Positions 26,201 through 41,200 of a DNA stretch of 64,000 nt are shown here, one piece after another. Positions within the stretch are counted from its first letter, which is position 1, and every line of letters begins with the position of its first letter. Both the position numbers and the translations under genes were made by a program. The stretch spans positions 47,122,001 through 47,186,000 of the forward strand of contig NC_045696.1 in the NCBI RefSeq assembly GCF_009834535.1. Reading direction: 5' to 3'. Source of the stretch: Camelus ferus. Its lineage: Eukaryota. The notes under the pieces are model-generated. The model saw only the letters and a program-made list of their open reading frames with translations. It was not told where the DNA came from and made no database searches.

Positions 26201-29200
26201 CTCAAAGACACACAGTCCTTCAACCTTGGAGAAAAATGTTTCAGAACTGCACCCTGGTACTGAGTCTTGATTCATGTGGGCCCCAAACTTCTGTAGTTCC
26301 TGAGAACTTCTAAAGCCTTTATGGAGTGTTGGCTATAAAACGGATATCATAACCTTAGAGGTGGCCCAAAGGTGACTTCTTTTCAAAGAAACTTTTGTCC
26401 CATAGGCAGGATGACAGATCTCAACACGTTTCCAGCTCTCCCTGTCCATCTTCACAGACCTCTTTGTAGTCTACAAGTTGCAGACCAGAAACACAGTGAC
26501 TTTAATGTGTGGAGACACATATACATAAGGACTCCATTATTTTGGTGTTGCAAATATCACACAGGATTTTAAATGCTAGTCCACTTTCAAACCATAGCTC
26601 AAAGTCTTCTATGAAGACTTCCTTGGTTCCCCTAGAAAGAGCCTCCTTTTCCCCCCAGGACCTCTATCTAGTCTTTACCACTCTGCATTATCATTTTTAT
26701 TTTTGAACCCCTCTGGAGCATGTGCTTCCTGCCAGTGGTGGCTGTTTCAGCTTTGGTCTTAGGCTTGGTCACATGCTGGGTGAGGATTTGCTAAGTGCAC
26801 ACACGCGACCTTGAAGAGAAAGCCGCCATCCTCGCGGTCCTCTGTGTAACTGACCCCAGGTTAGGGTCGCCGTGCCCCACTCACTTGGCATCCTCCAAGT
26901 CCTCAGTTCTCCGGATGCTGTCGTCCTCGTACTTCATCCTCCACTTCACCGTTTCAGCGCTGCCTTTGAAGAGCGCCCGGAGCAGCTCAGCCTTGGCCTC
27001 TTGCTCTTCTTCACACTGCTCTCGAAGGAGGTCACAGTCATGCTTGGCTGACCTCACAGCCTGGGCCAGGGCACTCTGTGACTGTAGGGGACACAACGCA
27101 CGTGACAAAAAGGCACGACCACCACGAGCAACGAATGGCTTGGAGGTGACGTCATCTTTCTTAGATAAGGTTAATAACCACCTGCCACAAATTCAGCCTG
27201 AACCTGAACCTAGTAAGATAATACCAGAGAGAGCGCTGGGGACAAGAAGAGAAAGGAGAGGGTATCTAATTGCTGCCATTAAAACAGGGAAGAAGGTTCT
27301 ATTTAGGGAAATGCCAGCTTGACTATGTGGGCTTTGACAATAGACAGGCCTGGAGTTCTAGAAATAGTGCAGGATGCAGGTAGCAAGGAGAATACTAACT
27401 ATCATTTAGGCAATAGATTTAAATTTAGCAGTAGGTAGGAGTCATATCTTGTTTGGACTAGAAAGGATCACTGAGATTTAGTCCACCTTTCTCATTCAAT
27501 TGATGAGGAAAACAAAATCTTTTATTTCACATGTAAATCTCTAAAAACTTTATCTCTTATCACTTTCAAACAGCACTACTACATGAAACTCTCCTTGGTG
27601 ATAAAAATATTCTATACGTATGCTCTCCAATAGGGTAGCCACAAGCCATGTGGCTACTGAACATTCAAAATGTGCCCCAAACCAGGTGTGGTCAAAACTG
27701 AACTTCAATTTTACTTAATTTTAATTAATGTCAATTTAAATTTAGATATTCAGCTGTAGTATAGCAGTGGTTACTGTATTTATTGGATGGGAGAGCTCAG
27801 TTAAAGGACTGTTTCTGTCATGTGACTGATGGACTGGTTAACCTAGCAGCATCGTTCCCAAGAGACAACCTAGTCTAGTGGCTTCTGCCAGTCCTCGTGG
27901 GTCTTTAATGCAAATTTTAAAAAGAGCATCTTCTCAGGTAGATGCAGCCCTAAAGCACAAGGCTTGGTTAATGGCAGACTCAGGCAGGTGCCACTGGGCA
28001 GTGAACGAGGAGCAATAATACAGTGACTCTGAGGAGGACAGGGGCTTTAGAATCTGGCAAACTTGGCTTCAAATTTTGGCCCTTTCTCTTATTTAATATA
28101 TATGTATTGAGCACCTGTTCTAGGCATTAGTGTTTATAGAAGTAAATGAGACGAGAGGGAGGTTATAGCTCAGTGGTGGAGTGTGTGCTTAGCATGCACA
28201 AGATCCTGGGCTCAATCCCCAGTACCTCCATTAAAAAATAAATAAAAATAAATAAACCTAATTACCTTCCCCTGTCCCCGACATTTAAAAATAAAAAGAA
28301 GTAAATAAGATGGAGACAAGCCTTTGTCCAAAGGAGCCCAAAATTGTGAGAGGACACACAAAACAAACATGTACACAAAGTAATGAATAAAATGGCTGAC
28401 AGCAGTGAGAAAATAAACAGATGGACTCGATGAGGAATGTTTGCTCTTTTCTCATCATCCCCCAAAGGCCTTTCTTAGGGAAGGGCTTTCAGACAGTGGG
28501 AATAGCAGCTACAAAAATGATGGCAGCTTGTTTAAGAGGCAGCGAGGAGGCCATGGTGACCAGAGGGGAGTAAATGAGGGAAGCAGATGTATGAGGTCGG
28601 GTCACAGAAGCAGGCTGGAGCCAGAGCAAGGGGGCCTTGTACCCCAGTTGGAAGCCACTGGGAAGTCAGCCAGAGAGAGCTTCTCAAACACAAATCAAGT
28701 CATTTCGCTACCTGCTACAATTCCTTAGCAGTCCGTGATTAGCTGTATGACCTTGGATGAGTTATTTGTCTTCTCAGAACCTCGGTTTCTTCACGTAAAA
28801 AGGTATCATTCTACCTGTTTCATCAATGTCTGATGCACAAATCATGGCAGTAATTTTTAAATGTATATACGGGTAGGGGAGGGTATAGCTCAGTGGTAGA
28901 GTGCATGCTTAGCATGCTTGAGATCCTGCATTCAATCCCCAGCACCTCTATTAATAAATAAATAAACAAACCTAATTACTGCCCCCTCAAAAAAAAACCC
29001 CAAAAACAAACCAACAACCAAAAAATGTATATACAAAATAAGAAGAGTGGAGGAAATAAAATAAAATGTTTAAAATCAGGAGTCTGAAGACTCAATGACC
29101 TCCCCTCTCCCATTTTAGTCACTATCCTTCAACCTTAAAGAACCTCTTTCATTGTGGTCACTTATTAGCTACATTATATATCTCTTGGGAACTAGTGACT

Positions 29201-32200
29201 AATAATGACTAATATCTATAATTTATTGACAATTTAAAAGTAATATTGAGCTAATCTATCCCCATTTGTTTTGTCCTGGCCTTCTATTTAATTTCACTTC
29301 TTTATGCAATTCAGAATCAAAGATCTATAAAGAACTTTGCCAACTGTCTGTTCAAGTAATAATGCAAGATGGAAACACATGCTTTGCTTGTGCTAAAATC
29401 TAGACAAACTAGGGAAGCAATTGGAATTACTGAGGATGATCCTTCAGTGATCAGAGTCCTTCCCGGCACATACAAGATCCAACACATCTTTCTTCCCATA
29501 ACTTCTAGGGCACTTTCCCCTTTTCTTTTATATGAGAAGATATTCGGGCTGACTTAACAAGCTCTACTTTTTTTTTTTTTCAAACATACAGTCAAGCTCC
29601 TGGTGAGAAATAATAGATGCATTACTTTGGTCTGTTCTGCCAACTGCCCTTTCAGGTCCTGAATCTGCAGTGTGAAGGTGTTCTTTTCCCTGGAAAGTTG
29701 GTTTATCAGAGCCTCCTTTTCTTCCAGCCTTTTCAGGAACTCACCTACAGAAAGATTTCATAAAATAAGTTAATTATGGTCCTTTTCCTCAACTACTGCC
29801 TCCCCCACTTAACCTGTTGAGTTTAAGAGCAGCTAAAATGATTCACATATTTTTGGTATTTATAAAGAGTCTGAGTCCAGTAATCAGCAAAATCATGGCA
29901 ACGATCCTTTTCAGAACTCACAGAACCCTAAAAAAACTGATTTGTAGTAGTAAATATGAATAGATAAAAAACAGATAATATTAGCTACCATTTATGGAGA
30001 ATCTTCCATGGGGTAAGTACTTTATGTATATTATCTAGTTTAATTCTCATAACTCCTTGATAATGTAGACATTATATTACCCATTTTTCAGAAGGGAAAA
30101 CACAGCAACTTACTTAAATGTGATTGAGACACAAACCTGCAGTGCTGGTAACTGATGAATATAGATTCAAATTAAACTCTTAATTCTAAAGAATGTGTTC
30201 CTCATTGCCATGCCCCCTTGTTTAGTGTGTGTGGCTTTACCAATTTCTGGCCATATAATTTTTAGATAATTACAGTTTCTTTGCCTCATTTGTAAAATAT
30301 GGATAACAATAAAAGATTGTTAATGAAAATTAAATGAGGGTGAATATATTCTGTAGACTGAATTGCTAAATAAATATTAGAAATTGTCATTAAGTGGTAG
30401 ATAATGTGACCAAGAAAGGGGTACATTTTATTTCACTGTAGTCTACTCTCCCTGCTTAGCTTATTTCATTAATGATAGATCAGAAACATGCTGGTTGTTA
30501 GAAGTAGCTCTAAAGCAGAGCCCATCCTGAGCAAAGGCAGTTACCTTTATTAGTGCAAAATTAAAGTTATTATTAGTGCAAAAGTAAAGTCCCAAATATT
30601 TCTGACTCCTATCCCTCTTGCTACAAACAAGTTCTAAAACTCTCAAAATTAAAAGAAAGCATTTGTTTGGACTAAAACAGGAATTCTCAAAACTTTTTGG
30701 TCTCAGAAACTCTTTATATGCTTAAAAATTATTGGGGACCCCACAGAGATTTTGTTTATGTAAGTTTTATATTAATACATAGTATAATAGAAATTAAAAG
30801 AGAAATTTAATATATGTATTTATTCATTTTAAAATAATAATAAAAACCTTAATGATATGTTAACATAAATAAAAAATTTTAGGGGGAAGAACTATTTCTA
30901 AAGTAACAAAATATTCATGAGAAAAATGACCTTATTTTACATTTTAAAAAATCTCTGGCTTAATAAAAGTCATCTGAATTCTTTTGGTTGAAGAATTCAA
31001 CTGTTCTGGTTGAAGTATATGAAGAAAATCCAGCCTCTCATAGATATGTAGTAGAAAAAAGGGAGATGAATTTTCATAGTCTTTTTGGATAATTGTGACT
31101 ATTATTTGATACTACACCAAAACTCAACAAATGGAAGCTTTGTAAGGGTTAATGATATAAACCATATAAATGAAAATTTTTATTCTGTTACATTAAAATT
31201 CATGGATCTATCTTAAACTTTGAATGGATCTTTTATCCACATATGATTTTGTAACATCACATAGTCGTGATTTGAAAAATACGCATTTACTCAATTATGT
31301 ATAATTTGCAAATGTTAACATATGTCATCACACAATATAAAAAAAATCATATTTGTTAACATCACCACTTATCTCATAAGAAAAGTCTTTAAGGTTCAGA
31401 TCAAGATGGAGGAGGAAGACCCTGAGCTCACCTCCTCCCACAGACATACCAAAACTACAACTACATAAAGAACAACGATCCCCGAGTATGACCTGAAGAC
31501 TAGCAGAACAGATTTTCTACAACTAAGGCTACAAAGAAAAGGCCATATGAGGATGGGTAAGAGGGGTAGGGATGTGGTCTAGTCAGAACCCACATCTCCC
31601 GTGCAGTGACTTATAAGTAGGAGGAATATCACAACCACGGAGGCACCCACCAGGGAGTGAGGGGTCCAAGCCCCACATCAGGCTCCCCATACCAGGGTAC
31701 TTGCACTGGGAAGATAAGCCTCCATAATGCCTGGCTTTGAAAGTCAGTGGAGCTTAGGGTCAGGAGAGCCAGTGTCCTGTGGAGAGCTGAGACACTGCAT
31801 TTGAAGGACATGTCCGCCAACTCACTTGCTCCAAGTCCCAGAGCAGAGGCAACAGCTTTAAAAGCACCTGGGTCATCCAAAGAGATTTTTTGCCTAATAT
31901 TAGGACATATGCTGGAGGGGCAGGAATCTGGTGGAAACTTTCTCCAGGGGCAGAAGCACCTGCTGGCAATTCTATATTTTTATTTTTAACTCTTCTGCCA
32001 CATAACTAGTCTAAGGCTGTTGGGCACTACTTCTGTTACTTTCAATCAACCTAGCAAACAGTGTACTTCACCCCAACATTCCCCTGAGGACCCACCTCAG
32101 CAGGCCCCTCAAAAGTCATTCCATGCCCACTCCACCAGGCAAGTGGCCCCAGTGCCCCTCCAAAGTGTCTCTCACTCCATCCTACCTGGTGGGCCACCTC

Positions 32201-35200
32201 AGCCAGTGCCCCTTCCCCCAAAGACGTGCCCACTCTGGGGGTCAGCCCCACCCACAGCACACCCACAGCAGTCACAACCAAGCTGTGCAGCCAGCTGGGC
32301 CTGGGGCCACCAGTATGCACATAGCAATTGTGGCCCAACCACAATAGGAAGGTGCAAGCAGCTCAAACAGGGGAAACCCCTGGAGAACCTAGCTCTAGTG
32401 ACCACGGGGGATTGTGCCACTGAGCCCCTTAGGATGTCTTTCATATAAGGCCACTCTTTCAAGGCTGGGAGGCATAGCTAATATACCTAATACATAGAAG
32501 CAAAGAGGTAAAATGAGGAGGCAAAGGAATACTTTCCAAATAAAAGAACAAGACAAAACTCCAGAAAAAGAACTAAATGAAATGGAGATAAGTAATTTAC
32601 CAGAAAGGAGTTCAAAGTTATACTCATAAAGATGCTTACCAAACTCAGGATAAGAATGGATGAACTCAATGAGAACTTCAACAAAAAGATAGAAAATTTT
32701 AAAAAGAATCAGTTAGAATGGAAGAATACAATAAGTGAAATGAAAACACACTAAGGGAATCAACAGCAGATTAAAGGATATGGAAGAACAGATCTGCAAT
32801 CTGGAAGATGAAGTATTAGAAATCACCCAATCAGAACAGCAAAAAGAAACCAGAATTAAAAAAATAATAATAAGATTAGTTTAATAGACTTCTGGGACAA
32901 CATCAAGCACACTAACATTTGCATTATAGGGCTCTAGAAGGAGAAGAGACAGAGACAGACAGAGAAAGAGAGAGAGAGGGAGGGAGGGAGAGGGAGAGGG
33001 AGAGAAAATAGAGAAGGAACATACCTGAACATAATAAACACCATATATGACAAAACCACAGCCAACATACTCAATGGTGAAAATCCTTTAAGATCAGGAA
33101 CAAGGCAAGGATGTCCATTCTTGCTACTTTTATTTAACACAGTACTGGAAGCCCTAGCCACAGCAATCAGACAAGAAAAAGAGATAAAAGACATCTAAAT
33201 TGGAAAGTAAGAAAAAACCCATCACTATTTATAGACAATATGATACTATACATAGAAAACCCTGAAGACTCCATGAAAAAACTATTATAACTAATAAATG
33301 AATTCAATAAAGTTGTGGGATACCAAATCAATATGCAGAATCAGCTGCATTTCTGTACACTAGTAACATACTACCAGAAAGAGAAATGAAGAAAACAATT
33401 CAATTTACAACTGCATCAAAAATAATAAAATACTTGGATTTAATTTAACCAAGGAAGTGAAAGATCCTGTACTTGAAAACTGTAAGACATTGATGAAAGA
33501 AACTGAAGATGATAAAAGTAAATGGAAAGATATTCTGTGTTCATAGATTGGAAGAATTAATATTGTTGAAATATTACTACCCAAAACAATCTATAGATTC
33601 AATGCAACATTTTTGGCATTTTTCACAAAACTAGAATAACCCTAAAACTTATGTGGAACCATAGAAGACCCAGAATAGCCAAAGCAATCATGAGAAAGAA
33701 CAAAGCTGGCAGTATCACACTCCCTGATTTCAAACTATACCACAAAGCTAGAGTAATCATAACTTTATGATACTGGCACAAAAACACAGATCAATGGAAC
33801 AGAAGAGAGAGTCCAGAAATAAACCTGTGCTTAGATGGACAATTAATTTACAACTGAGGAGCCAAAAACATACAGTGTGGAAAAGGCAGTCTTCAATAAA
33901 TGGTATTGGGAAAATTGGACAGTTAAATGCAGAAAAATCAAAGTGGACTATTTTCTCACACCAGGCACAAAAATAAATTCAAAATAAACTAAAGACTTAA
34001 ATGTAAGACCTGAAACTATAAAACTCCTAGATGAAAACATAGACTTGTGTATTTTTTGACACTGGCCTCAGCAATATTTTGGGGAATCTGTTTCCTCAAG
34101 CCAGGGAAACAAAGGCAAAAATGAACTAATGAGACCCAATCAAACTAAAAACTTTTGCATAGCAAAAGAAACCATTGACAAAATGAAAAGACAACCTACT
34201 GAATGGGAGAAGATATTTGCAAATGCTGTATCTGCTAAGTGGTTAATATCTAAAATATACAAAGAATTCACACAAGTCAATGTCAATAAAGTAATCTGAT
34301 TTAAAACTGGGCAGAAGACTTGAATAAACTTTTTTTTTTTCCCAAAGAAGACATGCACATGAAAAGATGCTCAGTGTCACTAATCATCAGGGAAATGCAA
34401 ATTAAAACCACAATGAGATACCATCTCTCACTGATATTCATCAGTTCCACTTCTGAATATTTACTGGAAGAAAATGAAAACACTAACTCATAAACATATG
34501 TGCACCACTATGTTCATAGCAGCATTATTTATAATAGTCAATATATAGAAGCAATCTTAGTGTCTTTCAATAGATGAATGAATAAAGAAGATGTGATATA
34601 TATATCCAATAGACTAGTATTCAGTCATGAAAAATAATGAAGTCATGTCATTTGTAGTAACATGGACAGACCTAGAGGGTAATATGCTAAATAAGTTAGA
34701 AAAATACAAATACTATATGATTTCTCTTATATGTGGAATCTAAAAAGAAACAGACAAACAAAACAACACAGAAACAAACTCATACATACAGAGAGCAAAC
34801 TAGTGGTCACTGGAGGGGAAGGAGTTGGGGGTTAGATGAAATAGGTGAAAGGGATTAAGAGATACAAACTTCCAATTATAAAATAAATAAGTCATGGGGG
34901 ATATGATGTACAGCATAGGGAATATAGTCATTGGTACCAAAATAACTTCATATAGTGACAGATGGTTATCAGATTTATTGTGGTTATCAATTTGTAATGT
35001 AAATCAATGTTGAATCACTAGGTTGTACACCTGAAACTAGTATTATATTGTATGTCAACTATACTTCTATAAAAAAAATAATAAAGGAAAAAAAGCCTTC
35101 AAGAATTGAGGGCCATCAAGTTCACAATGGCATTTATGTGTTTTCTGAAATCTAATTTTTACCTAAAAACTCCACTTTTATTATTGGTAACAAATATTGT

Positions 35201-38200
35201 CAGTTGCTTTCCTTGTAGTGACAGGCTCACTTTGTTCATTTTTGAGAAAATATCTGCCAAATATCTGTATCTGAATAAGCATCGTTTGTCAAATATTCTT
35301 TTAAGTAAATACTATGCTCCCTGAAAAAAAAAAACCTGCTAGTTCAGCTCAGAACTTAAACAATCACACATCCTACTTCAGTATGAAACAGAAGTGTTTT
35401 ATGCATACTTTTTGTTTTGTCACACAGAATATTAAGAAGATATACACTTGGGATTGATATGTTATATAATCAAATTTTACTGTTTCATTAAGGACATTCT
35501 TAAGTAAAACTGACTTTGTGACTGTGAGTATGTATCAGTGAATACAATGATTAATAGCACAGTGCAGTGTACCGCCTTGCTTGTGATAAAGGCTCCCGCG
35601 TTTTGAAGTGTCATTGTTTTTGCACCATCAATAACAGCAGCAAAAGAATTTAAAAAGCAAACAGTGGTTTAGTATTATAATGAAATAGCTCTAACCTTTG
35701 AGGTCCCCTGAAAAAGTCTTGGTGACTGCTGGGATTCCATGGACCCAAATTTGAGAAGCTCTGGGGGATAAGATCATATTTAAAAGTATTCTGAAAAAAT
35801 ATCAATGTATTAGGGGGGTTAAGACTAACATATTATATACTTTATAGATCTAGGACCCACTTAACATGGCTTAATTGATCACATTTACTATAAGTCTCCT
35901 TTGAAAGCAGTGGACAGGAAAGGGCATGAGAAAGAAACTGGTGATAGTAGCAAAAAAAAAAAAAGCAGCAAAAAGTCTGGAGCATAGGCCTTGTAAGAGG
36001 AGGAGAGGTTTGGATAGATATATACTTAAAATTTAATTCATACAAAAGCTAAAAGGTAAAGCTAAGAATTAAAAGAGGAAGTAAAAGGTCCTGCATCCTA
36101 AGCAGAATTATCATCCCAGATCCACTTTCATTTCACTCACCTACCAATTTCCTCATCAAAAAAGTAAGTAGAAAATTAATGCCAGTAACTAGGGGGAGGT
36201 AGGCAATGCCTATCAAAACAAATTGTATACAGCACCTCCTGCAGGGCCAGACATACACGAATTTAGCAGCCTCGTATCCGGACTGCACCACATGCAGACT
36301 GTACCCTAAATGGAACAGAAGATCAAATTGGGGATTTTGTAATGAGGCCAAGTGTCACACCCCTGTCACCAGCAATGAGAAGAGTCCTACTTAGTGTCCC
36401 TGCCAGAACCTGAAAGAACACTTTCCCTTTAGATTACCAGGTTTGTAGTCTTACCAGTTCATTTTAATTTAGCTTTGACTCTAGGTTTAGCATCTAGAAA
36501 CAGAGGTGTCCATGAGCAGAAGGATGATTATGCAGTTCAAATGGTCTTCATTCTCTTTTCAAAGTGAGTGCCTCTGGGTATCAAGATACTTTATTTTCAT
36601 TGGCCTAGGAATTCCATCACTGGGAAATACATTATAAAAAATAATTCTAATTACAAACAGCTAGCCACATGCTATTCATAGCAGAGAAACAAGTTACAGG
36701 GCAAGGTGAAGTCAACCACAGTCCATCTCCTTGATGGATTGGAACAGCCATCATAAATGACTGAGAATCTGAGATACAAGATAACTCATGACAAATTGCA
36801 AAAGAAAAACCCTAAATAGATTGCCATCATGTAAAAGACAGGAAAAAAATAACCCACTATCAATAGTGGTTGATAGTTGAGAGGAAGCCATGGAACATTT
36901 TTCTACTTTTATTTACCACATGTTTGTGGAGCACCAGTAAGTGGCTGGCATTGTTCCTCAAGATTGACGTGAACAAGGCAAAGACCCTTGCCCTTGTGTA
37001 GCTTATTACACTTCGGCAGATGGAGACAAGACAAATAAACTTATTTATTAGGTCAAGCAGATAGTTTGTTTGAAGGTATTAAATACTATGAAAACAGAAA
37101 CACAGGGAGAAAACTGGTTGAGAGCACTTCTCAACAAGGCCCATCCTGACTTCCCCCCGATATCCCTTTGATTAACCCCCATCTTCAAGTCTTCACAAAA
37201 TTAATAGGGCATTATTTTAGGTAGAGGAAATAGGAGGCAGAAGACTCGAGGGTGAGAATATGCCTGGTATGTTCAAAACACAGCAAAGAGGTCCATGTGA
37301 CCAAGGCAGAATGAGAGAAGGGGAAGTAGAAGAAGAGGTCAGAGAGATAACGGGGCCCAATCATGGGGCCCTGGGAGACCATTGTCCAGACTATGGCTTT
37401 TACTGAATATAAATAAGAGGTGTGGGTCCATTGGTGAAAATTAGAAATAATGCCTATTTCAATGAGATAGATGTGACAGACGCATGTCTTGTAGCTGTGT
37501 GGACAGCCCCTACCATCCTTTGATCTTGCGAGTTCTTCAGCCAACTGCATATTACTTTTCCCCTTTATGGGAGACAAATAGGCAGGGCCTCCCAAACTGG
37601 TATAGAGGGGATCCTTCCCAGACAAGGGCATGTCTGTGGACAAGGGTCCATCAGTGCCTCATTCCTCCCCCAGAATCTTTCAGCGCCCACTCAGGCTCAG
37701 TGATGAGTTCATCAGCTCGTTTGTCTCTCCACGTGTCGGCTGGGACTGAGCCTCCTCAGTGAGGCAGCAATGAGAGTTTACTTACCATTCTCACTCCGGA
37801 GCTTTGTCTTCTGTGCTGTCAGGTCATTTGCCAACTGAGTCACTTCTTCTAGCTTTGCATTTGCTTCATTCAAGCGTTCTTCATACAGACCACAGAGCTT
37901 CTCGGCACTAGCCTTTGAATTGAGAAGGAAGGGTTGAATATGACTTATAAAGGCCATGCTGAACTAGCTGCATGAGGACAGAGGGGAAGGTGGCTCCTAG
38001 GACCATGTGCTCTCTTCTGCCCTGAAAGCCACAGCCAGCACGGAGAGACAATGTCTCCTAACCTACATAGGCACAATAAACTCAGGGTCTTGGACCCAGA
38101 AAGGCCCAAACTTTTCAGATTATAGATGTTAATGAAGAAACCCAACTTTCTGGGCATTGGGAACTTCTCCGGGATTCTTTGTTTCTCTGAAGAAGGAAAC

Positions 38201-41200
38201 ATCTCAAACACTGATGAAGTATATAGTCACGCCCTGACATTACATCATATAATTAATCATCTTTCTCTCTCACTAGATATAAGTATCATGAGGGTAAAGA
38301 TTCCATTTAACTACAGATTATATCCCTAGTGCCTATTCCGAGCACATGCTAGGCACTCAATCCACAAGGGGGTAGGTTCAGAGGGAAGGGAAAGGAAAGA
38401 TGGGAGGGTCTGGAGGAAGAGGGAAGGAAATCCACAAGGCTGAGCAAGAAGAATAGGAGAGAGTGGATGGGTCTGAGCTGCAATAGCACAGTAATAGAAG
38501 TCTGAACTTTCCAAACAGCTGGACCCTCCCGATCACTAGGACTCCAGGCTCATGATTACCCTGCTGGGTGAACACTTCAATCCCAAACTCCAACTTCTCA
38601 GAATTGGTTGTTCATGCTTGAAGAAAATGATGTACCATTGGCCTTTGTACTGCTCCCTGGTTTAGGTCACTAATCTAATCATCCAGACTTTTGTCACATC
38701 CAGATTTTTGTCATCCAGATTTTTACATAGCTGATTTTGTGTTTTGCTCTTTACCTGTATTAAATCTCAATCCAAACAACAACCCTGTGAAGCTTTTGTC
38801 TCTGCAAAGAATGAGTGCTATGGAAATAGAAGACAAAGAAAATATCACATCAATATCATTCCTAGGAAATGATGAAAACTGTGAAATCTGGTGGTAAATC
38901 TCATAGTTTCAATGTTAAACTAATTTTTATGATGTAGCAATGGCCAAGGACCAGAAACATTTCAAAGATGATGCCAGATTTGGTCCTCTGGAAAACTGTA
39001 TCAGCAAATACTTTGGTGATCTCTAGCTGGAGCCTAGGCTGTGTTGAAGGTTGTTCTCTTTAAGCTTACACTAATGAATATTTTAAACTCCTTATGAAAC
39101 ACTACTAGATTACATCTTCTATCCACAAGGCCAAATGAAGTGCTTGACAAAAAACAGGCACTTAATAAATGTCTAAGACACTCAAATTATTGCAAACTTT
39201 AGAAGAGAGGTTGGCCAACATCCCCACTGAGGTTTACTTAGAGGTCACATTCAAGCTCTCCTCATAAACCCCAACCCCCGAATTAATTTTTCACTTGGTC
39301 AGGATATTATCCGCTGATTAGCAAACAAGTGAAGAGGCAGATTCGGCCCCTACCCATGTGGAGACTGGCAAGCAATGTCATGTAGTTCTACTCACGGATG
39401 TTCCACAGCACACCCAGGCTTGGTGCTGGTTATGAAACCAGACCTGGCAGAGATTCAGTGATCAGCTTTTTGTACGATGTCATCAGCATCATGTAGGCTG
39501 CAGCACTGATGTCAACTGCCAGGCACACTCAATTACCCACCCTCTCCACTTGCTACTAGAAGCTATAGTGGCGACAAGTGTAACAGGTTTTAGACGGTCT
39601 GTAATTTCCAATGTTTTGAATGTTGAATATGTTTGCTCTCATTTCTGAAACTAATTTGACAGTCAAAGTTGGCACACTCATTGTTTTCCTCACCATATTC
39701 CTTGAGAATTCAGGTTGGCTCTGTTTTATAAATGAGAAAATGGAGTCAGAGAGGCTAAATACCTGGTCCCAATTCACACAGCTAGTATGTGTTGGAATTA
39801 GGGTTTGAACTGATAATTGCCTGTGCAGATGCAAATTTTAAAAAAGCCATACACTAGATACTAGATGCATAAGCATCTGTTGTATGAAGTAATAAAGGAA
39901 CCACTAAAGATTCACTGACAATGTCCTAGTTAGCTCAAATTGTCATGAATCCTGGGTCCCCGAGGAAACTGGACAAAGATGTGATGACTGTGTGAACCAC
40001 CTTTATTTTATGTTGTCTCCAATAATAAATGACCCATTAACTGGGCCAGGAGGAACACGACCAGATGTGAGAAATGCCACTCTGTGTGTGGCCCTAAGTA
40101 TGCTCTACTACACACCTGTTTGCTGAGGGTGAAAGAAAACAGATCTCTATAAGACAACTCAGTCAGTGGTATGGAAATGGCAAGTTGAAGGAGCCATAAA
40201 ACGCCCAGTTTTCAAGAGAAGCCTGTGTGGGAAAGCCCAGCTGGGCCAAGGCACTTGCCTTTAGACACAGCTTAAATGGTAGAGATACATGGGCACTGTT
40301 AACACTGGTAGAGTGTTTTTAATTGAACAAGTGTTTTCATAAGCTGGATCTTCAAGAGACAATGAGATTGTTTGTCTAAAGGTGGCTTGTGCAGGGTTAC
40401 GGCAAAAGAGTGGTACCTGCAAAAGAACTTCAAACTTAAGCGTAAAGATAGACACAAAAGTTTGATACCAGGAAGGAAGAAGTTAATGGAATAATGTACA
40501 TTCATCCTAAAACTGGTTCTTAAAATGATGCATAAAATCGCTCTCTCATAGAAACTCAGAAACCAATGGGAATTCAAAATAATCAAGATAATTGTGAGAT
40601 TGCCTCAAACTTCTAAATTGCCCTGGGCCTCTCTGTCAGCGTAATATGCTTTAGAAAATGCTTCGGTTTCCACTGTCCCACTGAGTATTGGCATTTCTGG
40701 CATTATAATTCAGGAAAAGATGAAGTAAACAATTTAAGAAAAAGTTCAGCATAATGGATCTGCCTAAGAGAGTGAACAGAATCAGCTGATCCCACCAACA
40801 AATATGTAAGGCAGCAGCAGAATGTGGTTGCCCACAGACATACACAGGATTGGAGCTGAGGCCCATCTCTGTCATGCAGATTTTGTAACCTTGGACAAAT
40901 CAGTGAACCTGTAAGCCACAGAAATCCCAAGAGGCATATGTAAAATCAATGCTAGTAACTGAGTGTATAGGTTACAGAAAGCATGTAGTAAACATGAGTA
41001 ATAAAAGACCTAGTTTCTGCCTTAGAGATGTTGTCTATTTAAATAGAGTAAAAAGACTACACAAGGCAGCAGGACAAGGGGGACCCCAAAAGTGCTACAA
41101 GAATTCAGAAACATTGTATAAAGCTTCTTTATCCAGTCATCTGTTGATGGACATTTAGGTTGTTTCCATGTCTTGGCTATTGTAAATAATGCTGCTATAA

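Noticed and set aside
23738..26884. MyomiR (miR-208-like) hairpin in the intron that I believe corresponds to the miR-208b host intron of MYH7
   Set aside because: I saw no ATAAGACG-type seed or matching hairpin on the minus strand; aaacttttgtcc near 26390 is only a short chance similarity. An Infernal/miRBase scan would be decisive.
31629..32462. Cluster of 70-140 aa ORFs
   Set aside because: They lie in the GC-rich L1 5'UTR and have no recognisable protein similarity.
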